Under the pieces are notes generated by a model. The model made no database searches and was not told where the DNA came from. It worked only from the letters and a program-made list of their open reading frames with translations. A stretch of DNA of 64,000 nucleotides from Antedon mediterranea (lineage: Eukaryota; Animalia; Echinodermata): the NCBI RefSeq assembly GCF_964355755.1, contig NC_092670.1, positions 26,336,795 through 26,400,794 on the forward strand, written 5' to 3'. Below, piece after piece: positions 39,401 to 54,400 of this stretch; position 1 is the stretch's first letter; the number at the start of each line of letters is the position of its first letter. The translations under genes were made by a program, and so were the position numbers.

Positions 39401-42400
39401 TGTACCAGTTTATGTTGAGTTTCATTATCACTAATCTATGATTCGTTTTAGTTATTAATCCATTATACGATCTGGCATCTTCTACAAAACTACGGTGGTC
39501 TAATCTCATCATCACATAATCTATTTGGTTCCTTATTGGATTCTTCCTTTTTGAGGTTTTTCATTCCGAACATTGCCAGGTAGCGATAAGTGCTAATTTA
39601 TGGTTAAAAAATGTATTTGTTAAAAACATTTGATTTCTGCATGCAAATTCCAAGGTGTTCTCCATTGCTGTTTAGTTCCCCTTTCCGAATTTTTCTATAT
39701 TTTGTGGGTATACGTTGTGGCCTGTTCCCGTCTTTGCATTATAGTCTTCTAGTATCACTAGAATATCTCTCTTATTTACACAGTTTGTTATGTTTTGTAG
39801 GTCTTCATAAAAAGTTCTTCTTCGATCCGGGTGTTGCTCGCTTACTTTAAGGGTATTGGCGTACGTGCATATTACAACCATTTTATTATCATACGATTTA
39901 TTTTCCTGTTTTGTAGTTAATATGCATATTCTGTCGCTTATTGGTTTGAATTCGCATTTAAGGTTATTGTCTACCATGAATCCTACTCCACCATATTCCA
40001 GACCCTGTTCTTTGCCTCCTGCATTAAAGAATTGAAACTTCTTACCGTTTGTTGATTCTACTATTGTTAGTGTCTCTTCTCTCAAATGTGTTTCTTGGAT
40101 TCCTAGTATACTTATCTTATAGTTATCCATATCTGTAGCTATGTTTTCGATTTTAGTTGTGTAGGCCGTAACGAGACCATTGCAGTTGAGCATTCCTAGC
40201 CTTAGTGAGTCTCCTTGCTTTCCTTTCATCGCTATTCATATCAATCGCCTGTACATACTATCTTCCTGCTGCCCTGCATACGTGTTTACGGTATCCTATA
40301 GACTGCCTAGCAAACGACTGGGTTTCGTTGTTAAAATACTTCTTCTGTACGTTGATTAAAAAATCTTCTTATTTGTTCTTTTGATTTCTTATATGTTTAG
40401 ACAAGAAAGTCAGACCACAGATTACACCTATAATCGTCATGTACGGTATATGATTAAAAATGCGTATTGACTATCCTCCGCGGGCGGAGTGGTTGTGTGT
40501 CACCATCAACTGCAACCACAACCGCAATCAATACAAGAACTATTTAGCTGACTGGATTCTGTTTTCCAGTTGTTTCTTTATTTCTTTCCATCAACACTTT
40601 AAGATAGACTACTCTATTGCCACATAAATAACATCAGTTTTTTCCTTTAAGGTTAACTCTTAACTCTGTCACATTGTACCTACTAATTTGTACCCACAAT
40701 TTTGGCTTACCCATATCTATCAGGGACTGGCTTGTACCCAAGTTTAATGCTAAGTAAAATATATTTATTACATTTGAACCAGTTTTATTACATTTTTAGA
40801 TGCCAATCATAATAACAGATCATAAAGGGTAAACCTACTGGCTTAAAATGATAAATAAATCACATTAGCAACCTGACATCACCGTCGATTTTGAAAACTT
40901 AACTACTGATGTACATTTGTATGAATCAATCAATCCTTTATTATATTATTTAACAATTATCTATATATAAATTTAAAGATGTATTGTCCCTTGAAACACA
41001 AAAAAATGAATGTCAAAATATTCTAAATTTAAAGTGGCCATATCAAAGTAATATTAAAGTTTTTTTTTTTTTTGTGTTTTTTTTTATTTCATACTCATCC
41101 AACAGCGAGTAACCCGCCAATTACAGGATGGATAAACTATTTAAAATTTCACAAGACAAACATATACACAAGATGCTCTACATAAACAAAGACTTATTAT
41201 TAAGTCTTTGGGAGTGGAGTTGTAAATTGTCATGAGAAAAAAACCCTGACATATGACAGGACTTGAACCCAGGACCCTTAGATTGGTAGCCAAGCATCAT
41301 AACCACCAAGCCACAGCTCCACTCCAAGTTATTCACTTTAAGTCGAAAATTTGAGCCAAAAACAACAAATTTACGTAATTAACAGGTAAATTAGTTTGAT
41401 TACATTTCATCTGGAAAATCGTCACGAGCGAAAGTAAACAAAGATTTCAAACCATGAGTACGCATTATGCATATGCTAAATTAGGATTGTTTACAACTCG
41501 TCACGGTTAAGAAGGTATTTTCACACAGATCATGAGGAAGTTTTATGATTATGCATACAGAGTATCCAAACAAGCGCGTTTCATTATGGGATATGTTTTG
41601 ATTGAAAACTTTGACTGGAAGTCAAAGTTATTTTTTTTAACAAAAAAACGTCTATTTCATTTTTTTTTTTTCGAAAAATTTTTGGTGATAGTTAATAACT
41701 ATTATGATACTTCAAAATGACCCATCTTTTTTCGAAATCTTTTATTTTTTATTTTTTTGGAATTAGTCAAAGGGACAATACAAATTTAAAAAATAGAGAC
41801 TTATAAATCACATTATTTTTAATAATGTCAAAGGGACAATACATCTTTAAATAATGGCAAATTTCAGATAACTTTTAGAATTTGTACTCAATGATATAGT
41901 TTTACATACTTTCGTTACCGGTACTAATTTTATTTCTTTCACCTGTTAACACCAATACTAAATGTCAACGCAGTAAAATGTCATATATACTGTATAGGTG
42001 GTCCGGACCAGATCTATTATTTTTTAATAACTCGTATAGTATTGAGTTCTTTTAAACATGAATAGACAGTATAGGCCATCGGGTGAAAATCCTATAGTTT
42101 AATTCTAAAAAATAATAATACTACTCATAATAATTATGTTAATATTTTGAAAGTGATAACACAAAGTTGTACCAAATGTAACATATAAAGAGAAAATTAC
42201 ATTTAAACGTCTGTAATTTAAATTTGTTTTACTGGATTTGACCCATGACCTCTTCAGAATTTTATTCGTTCATTTAAGTATTATTCAGTTGAATAAAATA
42301 GTTACTTATATATATCTTCAAATAATCAAAATAATATAAATGAATTAATAATAAGCAAAAAATAGATTAAAATAGTTTTATCCTAATTTTAGCGCGACAA

Positions 42401-45400
42401 ATATTTACGATTTGATGTAGATTTAGTAGTGGCTATACACAATAACAACATGCGTCAATTACGGAACACACATTTTTCTCCGAGGGTTCCAATAAAATAT
42501 TGTTTCCATCATGAAAGCAGTGTTTAGGAACCACATTAAACATTACAGATGTTAAAAATAAATAAGGTTGTTGCTTATACCAGGTTATGGATGGTACCTG
42601 CAATAATATGAAGATAAAAATAATGCGACTAAACTACAAGATTCCATATTGATGGTAGCGAGACGATTCGGCCCTGAGACAATTTGGCCCTGTTGCAGTG
42701 AATACCACTTCCCTGGCGCGCGGCGCAAGAACGTTAACATTGGTGAGTTTAACACATTCACTAGGCCTATAAGAAAAATTCATTTTTTCAAGCTATGTGT
42801 TACACTGAAATTGATTAAATATTGATATAATTAAATAAATTATATTTTATAGTGAAGAGAAGGAAATTATCTCAGAAACCACATATTAATATGTAGAAGA
42901 AATTTGAATATGTAAAATATAGATGTACGCTCTTTTAAATGTGATGAACTACGATGCAAAATATGAAAATACAACTTTTTTTACTCAACTGGCCATATGA
43001 TGACGTCACAACATACGATTGGACAAATATTTACATGCATTCGTATCTACAATTCAATAGCTTCCTGAAAACGTTTTAATCATGAGTATCACTTTTTATT
43101 CTGACGAGCTATTGAAATTTATTGGAATGATGAAAATAAGTGACCCAAGTTATTCACGCTTTTGCACATGATGACGTTATCAAAATTAAAAAAATGGTAA
43201 ATCGTACAAAAGATAATTTATTAAACTAGACAAAATCAAAATATGGGGATATTGGAATTCGGATGAGTGGAGATGCGCTCTATTAAATGTGATGAGCTAT
43301 GACAAGACAAAAGTCCTATATTTTATATTCGAGTTGCCATACGTCACAATGTCCGGTTAGCCATATTGATGCATGATCCGATATCCACTCATCATCATCA
43401 CTAATAGGAAAAGTTACTAAATTTTAACTGTCCAGGGAAGGAGCGTGTGTAACTTTTTGTGAAACATCCCATTTTTAATCCACAGAAAATTTGTCCTTGA
43501 TATGACTTAAATTTTCAGAAGGTGATAAAAATCATAAAATCATGCGTAAGTCATGTTGTGCAACTATGACCTCTTTAAAACATAGGAGTTGCACAACTTC
43601 ACATAAATGTCCATATGTTGGCAAAGTTATGAAATGTTGTGTTTACCTATTTTAGAGATACGCGATGCACAAAAAAATGGGGGGGGGGGGGGGGAGAAAG
43701 AATTGTACCTATTTTGTATTGTATCATACAGCATATTACAGTATTTACAGATACACTGTACATTGTAGTACTGAATACCCTCTAGAGACAATGTGACTTC
43801 ACGGTGGTATACGTGACAAAATTCTTCCAGTCTGTTGATTTGCGTCAACCAATCAAAGAGCGAGAATCCAAAATCGTTCAATCGCTCAAGACTTCCCAGA
43901 CTTTTTTTGGTCCAACAGCTGGGACCTATAAATTATAGTCGAGTTTACAAATTTGCAAAACTGTCAGCCTTAGATACTAAAGCTACCGCTATGAAACAGC
44001 TTATTAATGAACATGTCCTCCTAAGACATAGCCCATGTATGAAATTCCTGAAAACACCTCTAAGAAAAATAATGGTATCTCCTAAATTCAATAATAAGGG
44101 CAAAAAAAACATGCCAAAAAGGTAAAATTTAATCACACACCTGTTACCATGGCAACCATTACTTCTTTTTCAAAAATATTTCAGTTTTGTTATATTTACC
44201 TAAAGTTTGATTAATTACCAAAGTATGAAGAAATCCCATTTTTTGGCATTTAGCCACTTTTTAATGAAATAGGTCGATATTTGTAGTCAACTGCTCTTAA
44301 ATGGCTTCAAATCTTAAAATGTTTTGGTACAAGTTTGCATACCAGGTTTTAATCTAAGGAGCCCAACTAAATATTGTTTTAACTAATTTAAATTAAGTAC
44401 ATTAAGTCTTAGTTTAAAAAATAAACATTACCTGATGAACTGGTTGCTGGACCATATATGGAGAATGTACATATGGAACGCTATGGACGCCGGGAATTGT
44501 GTATGGAACATGGTTTCCATATGGATTTTGAATAAGTGTTGTTGGTGTCATAACACGTCTATGGAAAATAAGCATACATACTATTATAGTTCTTCTTAGT
44601 TTTAAAATACAAACAACTCCCCTAATAACGGCGACCTTTGGGCTGGCCAAATATGTCTAGTTTTCCAGAAAATCATTACAAATGATTTAAGCCTGGTTTC
44701 CAGTTGACAAATCAGAATCAATTCCTATAACCCGCGTCATGCATCGTAATCGCAAGAAAAATGTCAACTTGATGTAACGGCAAGAAGGACAGACCTTGCG
44801 ATAAATTCAACTTTTGTAAGGACGGAATCAGCACATGTAATAGTCTTAATCTTTGCGGTCCAACGCGATTATTACATTTTTTTTATTGATGTTAGTGTTT
44901 GGTCAACTGATCGGAACACAAGCGTAATCGTAAGAAAAAGATCTTACGTCGACTGGAAACCAGGCTTAAAGACATCAGGAATGTAAGAATTGTCAGCGCG
45001 TACATATTTTTTCACTAGCTATGACGACGTAATTTATGAACCACTTGATTGGTCAGTTGTAACGATCCTAATGTTGAAGTTGAACTTGTTTCAACTTCAA
45101 CGTTACAATCGTTAAAACTGACTTGAACTTGTTTCAACTTCTTTAAAAAAAATTAAGATTTTAACGATTTTTAATGTTGATTTGTATCCCCTTTTTCTGT
45201 AAAATAGTTGATAAAATCGTATGAAATGGATGCATAATATATATATATATTACAAAAGACCTGTCCCCCACTAAATCCGCCCCTGTATTTATTATTATTA
45301 TTATTCCAAAGGCAAATTACTGAAAAAAATGACAATGCTGTGGGTATCAGTGGCTGGATCTCAATGGGGATACAAAAAAAAAGCGAAAAGCTAAATCAAA

Positions 45401-48400
45401 ACGATAAAGTAAACAGCCAGCCATATTATTATAATATATATTATATCGGCACCTTTCATTCAATTAATTTCATTTATTATATTCCAGTCAAAAACATATT
45501 ACAAGGTTTGAACGGTTGTTAAAATTAAAATACAGATACGGTCATACAATTACAAGATAAACAATTCCAAATAAAAAATGGTATCTGATTGGTTAATTGC
45601 CGAAGTATAGTTATTGCCTTGTCCTTAATAATAATATTTATTTGGTAACCAAAAGAGGGAGAATGTAATACAGCACATAATGTAGTACCTACAGTATGTT
45701 ACATAATTTAATTGAAATTTGTATCTATTTTAAGATATACATACCCATTTGGAGCATACATTGAATCGTAAACCTGAACTTCCTCAACTTTTGGCCAGTT
45801 GGCGGCATTGTTAGGATGTTTGGTGAATTCTTTTCGTTTCTTTACTCCACCATCAGCAAATTTACATAGTAAAGGTTCTGTCTGTCCTGTTAAAACTTTT
45901 CCATTAAACATACCAATAATTTCTTCACATTTTTCTTTTGATTCCATTCTATAAATAAATATTTAAATTATTCTTGAAATAATAATAATTTATTTGGAAG
46001 CTACAATTTTGAAACAGTGGCACACTTCTGAATGAAGGTGTAAATAAAGTTAGAGAAAAAAAAATGATTGAACAATAGACCTATTTACAGTACAAGGAAA
46101 CTAAATTAAAAACAATACTTTTGAAACAGTGGCACACTTCTTGAATGAAGGTGTGTCCATAGTACAGAAAGTAAAAAAAAAAAAATAAAAAAAAAAATAA
46201 ATAAATGATATTAAATGGGGAGAAAGATCTGGAAATTATTTCATATTACTTGGGCTGCCATGAGATGGCACGTCACCATCAGCGTGGATAAGGTGAGATC
46301 AAATTGATATCCCCTCATCTTACTAATCAATGGAATGACTATTTTTGTTTTCAGTATACAGAAAGAACACATAGTATTTATCTTACCGAGCAAATCCTAT
46401 ACCTCGACTCTGCTTCAGTTCATCTCTTAAAATTCTAGTACTGATAACTTGGCCATAAGGAGATAACAATTTTTCTAGTTCCTTCTCATCCATATGTTTA
46501 GGTAAGTTTGTGATGTACAAATTTGTAAAGTCTTGTTCTTGTTGCTGTCAAAAAGCAAAGTATTTGTGTTATTTAATCTAAATTTGCAAGCTTTCCGATC
46601 CATTTTAACTAGCATGAGGTGGTTGCCTCGTCCGAAGATTTCCATTTATTTCATTTGAAATTTGTCTTCCTGAAGGCAACAAACAGCATAAACAACATTT
46701 AAAATTAAAACGTTTAAATATTTCTATAATGGTGCAAATACAGTACTGGTATTTTTATGACTTTTTTGGTTCATCCTTTTTGTCACTCAATTACTCGACT
46801 TAACCGACTTAAATGAGGCATGGCATCACAAAATCGGCGTAGTGTCGGAAATAATAATTTTTTAGATTTTTATATATTCGTAATCTATATTTAATAAGCT
46901 TTAAAATGAGCCGTTGTTTATTAAAATTGGTTTATTATATGAAGAGTTATTAATGAAAACATACGAGTCACTTTCTAGCTCTGGAAATCTTCATTTAAAA
47001 AAAATCAACAATCAAGTAGCGACGCCGATTAGCTTGGCCTAGCCTAACCAGCCGATCAACGCAACAAGACTCTCTGTCAAAATGACTTAAATAATTGCAA
47101 AATACACATACTTGTGATATTTTTTTATGAACAAGAGTTTGATATATTAAAGATAAGTGTTTATAGTATCGTTTTTTATTGAAATTTTAAAATGGATCAG
47201 TTAGGCCGTTTTTCACATTCTTCAAGGCTAAATATCTCAAAAGTTTGGGTTGTGACTCTGCGCCGCTTTTGTGATGCCAGGCCTCAAATAAAAACAAACA
47301 ATTTTTAACAAAATGCTGAGCTGTATGAACAATCCTATCCCTGGTTATACAAAATACAGGCATCTAAAGTCTTGGTTCTCACTAGGAAGAAATGCAAGAT
47401 GTTAGCACAATGCCAGTAATTTTATCACAAACAATCGATTATTCAAACTGTCATTGGTAAACTCGCTTGAGTGTATTCAAGTTATTCAAGGTACTGTAAC
47501 TTTATTGTCAAAAAATACATAATTTGAAATTTGTCTACTTCAAGGCAACAAACACATTTAGAACTAGAAAGCCACTCCGAAAGTGCATACCTCAGCCTAC
47601 TGTAAAATTCTCCTACATAAGATTTCTCCGGTAAAAAAAAAAAATATATTTGTGTGTCGAGTCTTAATGCTGTTTGTGATTTAGGCTAATTTTACTACAA
47701 GTGTATGTGAGTTTGGTGTAATGGTTTGTAACAAGCCTTTCAATTAACAATAGCTTCAGTTGACTAACAATAGAACAGCAACGCGAAAATCAAACGAGTG
47801 AATTTGAAAAGAAATAGGTTTTTTAAACTACTCGCATCAAAAAACGTGCACATTAAATCAAATTATGTTTTAAAATTACAAATCACATATTATAACTCTT
47901 GCCTGTTGTACAAAAATGAAGTTTTTTTGACAAGTAGTTCTCGAGAAAATGCAATTTCAGTTTATTTGTTACTTTAAGACCCCATTTACACTTACGTTTG
48001 GGTCCAGGGCCGGTTGCAAATATTTACCTTTTAGGCCGGCCCCAGAGCGTTTACACTAGCGACGCAGATTACTGGTCGTAAATAATTAATAATTAATCGG
48101 AAGTACCATTGCATGCTGGGATACGAAGTACAGTTTGTTTACATTTTTCTCAGCTCTCTCGATCGTCAATTCAACTCTCCGCGCGAACCGACCGTTTTAT
48201 ATTTATACTGTGTATTGTTGTTTTTTTGTCCCATTAAAAACAAAATGAACCCAACTGTTTTATATATAATATGGCTGTATTTTATGTATATGCGAAACAA
48301 GTGGAGGAATATTTTATTGAAAGAAGATGTCTGAAAATAAATGTAACTATATAAATGATGAAGAAAACAAATTGTCGCCCGAAAAGGAGGAAGGTATGTA

Positions 48401-51400
48401 CTGAGAATGTCGGATCGTCATAACAAAAACCTCATAAAAAGATCAAACGTTGTTCACGGTTCACTGCGTAAGCCGGCCCAAATGTAAAAGCCGCTCCTGA
48501 ACCTACCTGGAGAGGTGGCCCAGATCTGCGTCCGGCCCAGGGCCGGCCTAATTTTTTGGAGTATTTACACTTATCAATTGCCGACCCAGGGCCGACCCAG
48601 GGCCGGCCTAAATCGTAAGTGTAAATGGGGTCTAAGACTGCTCGCCGGGTTTTGAAAAATTCTGTCCTATCTTTTAACACTAGCAGGTCTGAAAAGTATA
48701 CTAAAAAGTGGTCCAGAATTGGGACCATGGTCCCAAAATTTAATGGAATGGTCCTTGACTACATCTATTTGTATATTCATTTTGGTAAAGATCTTGAAAT
48801 TACTTTTTGAGTAATCCTGCTAACAAACAAACAAACACGCGCTACCGATTACATATACCTGCTTGGCGGAGATAAATAAGTTAAAAAGGTATTTTAAAAT
48901 ATACAGTATGTAATGTAAAAAATTCAAATAAAACTACAGATACTATAAAATACAGATATAACAAGAAATATTTCTTACAAAAAACGCCGCTCGACATTTT
49001 AACATTAATCATTGTTCTTTCGATTAATTTATGATTAATTATTAAAAAGATGTCCTTTAATCACAAAAATACATACAAATCACAGATAGTTCTTTAATTA
49101 TGAATCACATGCCCATTTTTTCACTAGTTAATTGTATACACAGCATTTGAAAGAAGACATGTGCACCTTTCCAACAATGTATTATTTGCCAACAAATATT
49201 AATCTACTAATTCAAAAATGGCATTTAAAAATGGTGGTCACTTTTGAACTTCAATGTGCTGTAGCCTGCTTGTGTGTGACCTCAACCTGTACTATAGGCA
49301 TGCAACTGAATACCCTCTAGAGACAACGTGACTTCACATGGTACAAGTGAAAAAATGTTTCCAGTCTGTTGACTTGCGTCAACCAATCAAAGAGCGAGAA
49401 TCAAAAATCGTGAGTCCTCATAGACTCTCTTTTCCCAGACGTTTTTTGGGTCCATCAGCTGGGACCTATAAATTATAGTCAAAGTTTACAAATTTGCAAA
49501 ACTTTCAGCCTTAGATACTAAAGCTACCGCTATGAAACAGCTTATTAATGAATATGTCCTCTTGGGACATAGCTAGCTAGAGCAGCGGCGCGAAAAGCAA
49601 AATAAAAGAAAATATCATGTACAGAGAGTGCTTTACGGTTACCACAGCTTGGTCAACTCAAGTGAATTTCTCATCAGTTATGGTTCCTAAATATTTGGAT
49701 TTGTTAACTTGTTCAATAACTTCACCATCAATAAGGTACAATTTGAGCTTTCTTAATTTGATATTAGTTCTTTAGTTTTTGTATTTTGTAAAATTATCTC
49801 TACACCATTTTGCTAATGGGTTAACTTCATCAAAATAGCTATTTTATTTGGTTTATCTGACATAAAATCTGTTATGACAGTGTAGTCAGCAGATTTGGTA
49901 ATTGAGCATTTTGGCTCTTTACCAATGATATTATATATCCGATATGCCTTATGCAGTATGCACTGCTATACGCCTGTGATGAGCCTCTCTGCGTGAGAAC
50001 GATACGCAACGCAGCGTGTTAATCATAGAATCGCGCGAACGCATTCTATATGATCCTCGTATACAAAAAATGCTAGATTACTGAGAAATGATTCATTCCA
50101 TTGTGATTAAAAATATATTCAATTTTATAAAAACTTCACTGTGCTTTGACAAGAATATCATGTGTTGTAATTTATGTGGTCTTAATATAATGTATTATAT
50201 TAGGTTATTATTTTTTATATTAAGTAATGTTTTTGAAAACATTTACGGCCGCCATCTTGTTGGTTCCCCCTCCTGTTGGAATTAATTTTCAGTCTGGAGT
50301 ATGCCCTCTAGCCTTTGGCTTATTACATAAGTAGTCACTGGTATAGAGTGTGAATAAAATGGGCTTCCTAGTGGAAACAAACTTGGCCGATTTGCTTATT
50401 GATAGCACGCATGCTACTGTATATACAAATTATACGACCTGAGAGTTGCCATCAAAATTCAGTTGCTATGAATTTTATTTGCCAGAATATCAGTTTCGGC
50501 CATGTAGGGGTGTCATTTAACATTTTTGCTTGGCCTCATCTGTTTCTCACCTCTGGCTACGTCCTTGTTAACTTTAATTATCAGCCTATCAACTTTATTA
50601 CATATTTATTTATTTATAAAGACACTAGACCTACGTTTTTTTTACCTAATTTAAGGTCACACACTACATTTTATATAAAAATAAATACTATATGGACCTA
50701 TTGCGATATTTTTTTTGTCTTTAAATGGTTAAAATTGTGAAAAATAAGCCGATTCTAATAATATTAGCTATAAAACCCAACATGCATCGCGTGCGGATTT
50801 ACTACTAACGATAACGCACACTGGTAATCTGTTGACATACACAGCATTCTCCAATAAGTTAAACCATTACACCCGACTCCTATCCTTTCTATTGTATTCT
50901 TACCTTAGCCATCTGGGCAGCCACACCTTTGGCTTGTAATGCAGTGACTGCTTTTTGTGCTGCTGGGCCATTTTCAAAATCTACAAAACCATAACCTACA
51001 TAAGAAGGAAAAAAAATAAAAATAATAATCAGGCTTAATATAAAAATCAAAATTTAAAAAAAGAAGGGCGTTGGGGAGGTTTTTTATCATCTTTTTTTTT
51101 TTAGTCTAGAAAAACGACGGGACAATTTTTTTCCTGTAAATAATTGTATGTATTTTCTGCAATCTTTTATAATAATAGTATCAGTGTTTTAAATTGCCAA
51201 GAATTTTAACATAACTGTTACTGTTCTTGTAGCCGTCTTCATAAGGAGAGAGGAGAATTGTAAACAAAAAGATTTGGCACAAGCCAAAAATTGTGTCAAA
51301 CTGTTTTTTCATATTTTTTAAATTATTATCAGCTAAACACCTCCGAAAGCCCAGATGATGATCATGACTTATGATCATCATCTGGTCTGTCGGAGGTGTC

Positions 51401-54400
51401 ATCTGGGCGTCTTAAGGTTTCATAAAGCATAAATACATGAATTTCGTTGTATGTATTGGATTTGGATGTATGTACCACTTAACGCCATTTTTAGATATAT
51501 AGCGTTGATAAAAAGGATGCACAATTGAGTGATGTTCATCTAAATTCCATGTTTATTTGAGATGATCCCTTAAATTTAATTGCGTTTTTATGCTCTGTTT
51601 GTTAAGCATGTATATATGGGAGAATAACTTCCATGTAAAACCATAATAAAGCAGATTAAAAAATAGTGAAAGATATGATTTAAGTAACAAAAACCTTTTT
51701 TCCACCTGCGCCTGCCTCCCTAACAATTTTCCAGCATGGAGGGCAAACAAACTATTTTTTTTGGGCTTTATTAGCGTTTATAATGATCGTATCGGAAGTA
51801 CATTTATCGGAGACTTCTCCTGTCCTGATGACCGTTTTGGGATTTTCTAGAGTGCTCAGTTTATTGACTCCCTCCACCCCAAATAGCCAAGTTGTAAAAC
51901 ACTAACTGTAGCCAAAGGGGTTTTTGGAGGGTTCGAATATTGCTATTTGCTAACCAGTTCTGCTTGGCCAAAAAAAATAAAATAAATAGCTAAACAAATA
52001 AAAATCTCCAAATCAACGGATTTTTCTGGCAATACCGACATTAGCCTGGCAAACTTTTTCCGGGATACAGAGCCGTGTGCAGTGATGCATATCTCTATTT
52101 TTCTATTTGTTGATCGTGTGTATCATTCGTAAAATAAAAAAAATTTTGAAATGCTCAAAATTAATTGAATTTAAGCAAAATCAATTTTGAAATTTGAATT
52201 TTTTTTTTGGGTAGCACACTATTTTAATTATGTTAAAAATTGAGATACACATGCAACAAAATTTATGGAAAGAAAAAACAAGGGGTTATTCGTCAATAAC
52301 GAATAAATGGCAGGTCCCGTAATTTCATCCATGCAATATTCTAACGTATGATGTGCATGTGGCGTTGGTCATGCGGATAACTAACTCATCGAAGTGATGA
52401 GATCAAATCTGGTTTGTTATATTGTCAGGATCTTTTTTTTTTTTGCTATCTTATTCTTTTTTCCACGATCAAATTGTATAACTTTGTCAAAAGATTGACC
52501 TCTAACTGTAGATGTGCAGGAAACTTTGTTATACGACGTTAGAGTCATGCAACGTAAGTTACACGCAATTTTATAAAAATTTCATTTGAAATTTACAAAA
52601 GTAAAAAGTAAATACCTATTTTTATTTGATTATAGCTCCTCAGGATGGCTGGTGACCGCCATTTTTTAAAACTTATTATGGAAGCTGATGAGTTGTATAG
52701 ATATAAATTTATATTAAATGTGTATCTACCGGATGTTCTGACATCACCATATGGGCACTTGAATTTAGGATTTTTTTTTCTCTTTTTTACTAGTCAATCC
52801 CATTTAATAGTGCGCATCGCGCTTATCCTATTTCCTCCTGGATTTTAATATGTTCTTTCTCATCCAATTTCACATGTACTGTACATCATCTGATCAAAAA
52901 CTTTGAATAACATGAGTTACTTTAATTTCATATACAGTATTTTTCAATCTTTTGTAGCTCATCGGAATAAAGTGACCCACATGATTAAAACTTATTACGG
53001 AAGCTGTTGAATTGTAGATATGAATTAATAGAAAAATGTTGTCTATTGGACGTAATGACATCATCATACCAGTTGAATAAAAAAAATCTGATTTTCATAT
53101 GTTTCGTATTAAAATAGCGCACATTTCTTTTTTACGTGCATGATTATCTTCTGAGTTTAATAGGATCTTGCTAAGACAATCATCTTGAAATTTCTATTTT
53201 CATGTCATTTTGACGACATATATACAGTGTATTCTGTAAATACTGTAATATGCTGTATGACACAAAATAGGTACTATTCAGCACTGTAAACATAATAATT
53301 GTCAGTGTTCATATTTTAACGTATGTGCATGTTGCGGTTGCGCGTTTAACCCGAACTCGTCACGATGATGAGTTCAATATGCAATATGCGGATAACTCCT
53401 TGTGATTGTCAGGATCTTTTTCTTTCTATCTTAGTCTTCTTTCTATTCTTTCCTTCATTTTTTATTTATTTATATAGGCTATGATTATAGATTACCACAG
53501 AATAAAATCAAACATTATATACAATAGGATGTTTAAAATTATAAATAATATCTTTTAGTTTCATTTTTTAGGTCATACATAGGCCTACAGAAATTCTATC
53601 CATTTTTTAATCCAATGTATTATGATTTTTTTATAATTTCACATTCATTCTGCATAATATTGACTGAAGATATTATGTATGTAGATTGGGATTGGTTATC
53701 TTAATGATCTGGAATAGTATATAGCTATTTGATGGGATAGAGAACATTCAGTTTTCTTTTGTTTAACAATCCACGCTTCCTTAATTTGCGTTCATGGGCT
53801 TTATTTATATTACTTTCAAATGGGATAGTCAATTCAATTATGTCGATGCTGTTACTGTTTATTAATACAATGTCTGGTTTATCCTTAGTAATAATATGGA
53901 TATTAGAGGAGTCAGAGCCATATATAAAGAGTTATAACTTTGAATGGATTAGAAGCCATGTTTGTGTCCAACTATTCCTATGTGGAGTATGGAGTCGAGT
54001 CTTTTGATTTGAAAATGTATAACGTTTAAAAGGCTTTAACTATTGAATTTAATATAAAAACAATCAATTTGTTTAAAGGATTTTGTTAAAATAATAAAAA
54101 AATGATAAAGTTACTGCGAACATGATTTTAAACAACAAAAATAGCAATTTCGGAACGGCTCTGGTTGTGCGCTCCATGCACGCTCTACGCGTGCGGGTTT
54201 AGTTTGTACAGCGATTCTCTATAGTAATGCATTGTTTTTACATTTTTTTGTTTAAAATCATGTTCGCAGTAACTTTATGATTTCGTTATTATCTTAACAA
54301 AAACCTTAAAACAAATTGATTGTTTTGATATTAAATTCCTTTTGAATGTTATACATTTTTTAAACAAATTAATCAACTCCATACTTTACATAAGCATAGT

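Larger units (their letters stand above)
35473..40527 (-). mobile_element. Near full-length, decayed RTE/RTEX-like LINE in an RBMS intron
   Basis: APE: [39 protein letters not shown]: [30 protein letters not shown]-terminus [10 protein letters not shown] and a (GAT)n tail. Interrupted at ~35918-37512 and 37918-38392. Confidence 0.9.

Noticed and set aside
42580-42600. Possible RBMS micro-exon (ttgcag|GTACCATCCATAACCTG|gtataa)
   Set aside because: 17 nt would break the frame between two phase-0 exons, and the donor is weak.
46008-46155. 34-bp direct repeat (tttgaaacagtggcacacttc..gaatgaaggtgt) in a short RBMS intron
   Set aside because: Simple local duplication; no snoRNA boxes or hairpin seen.
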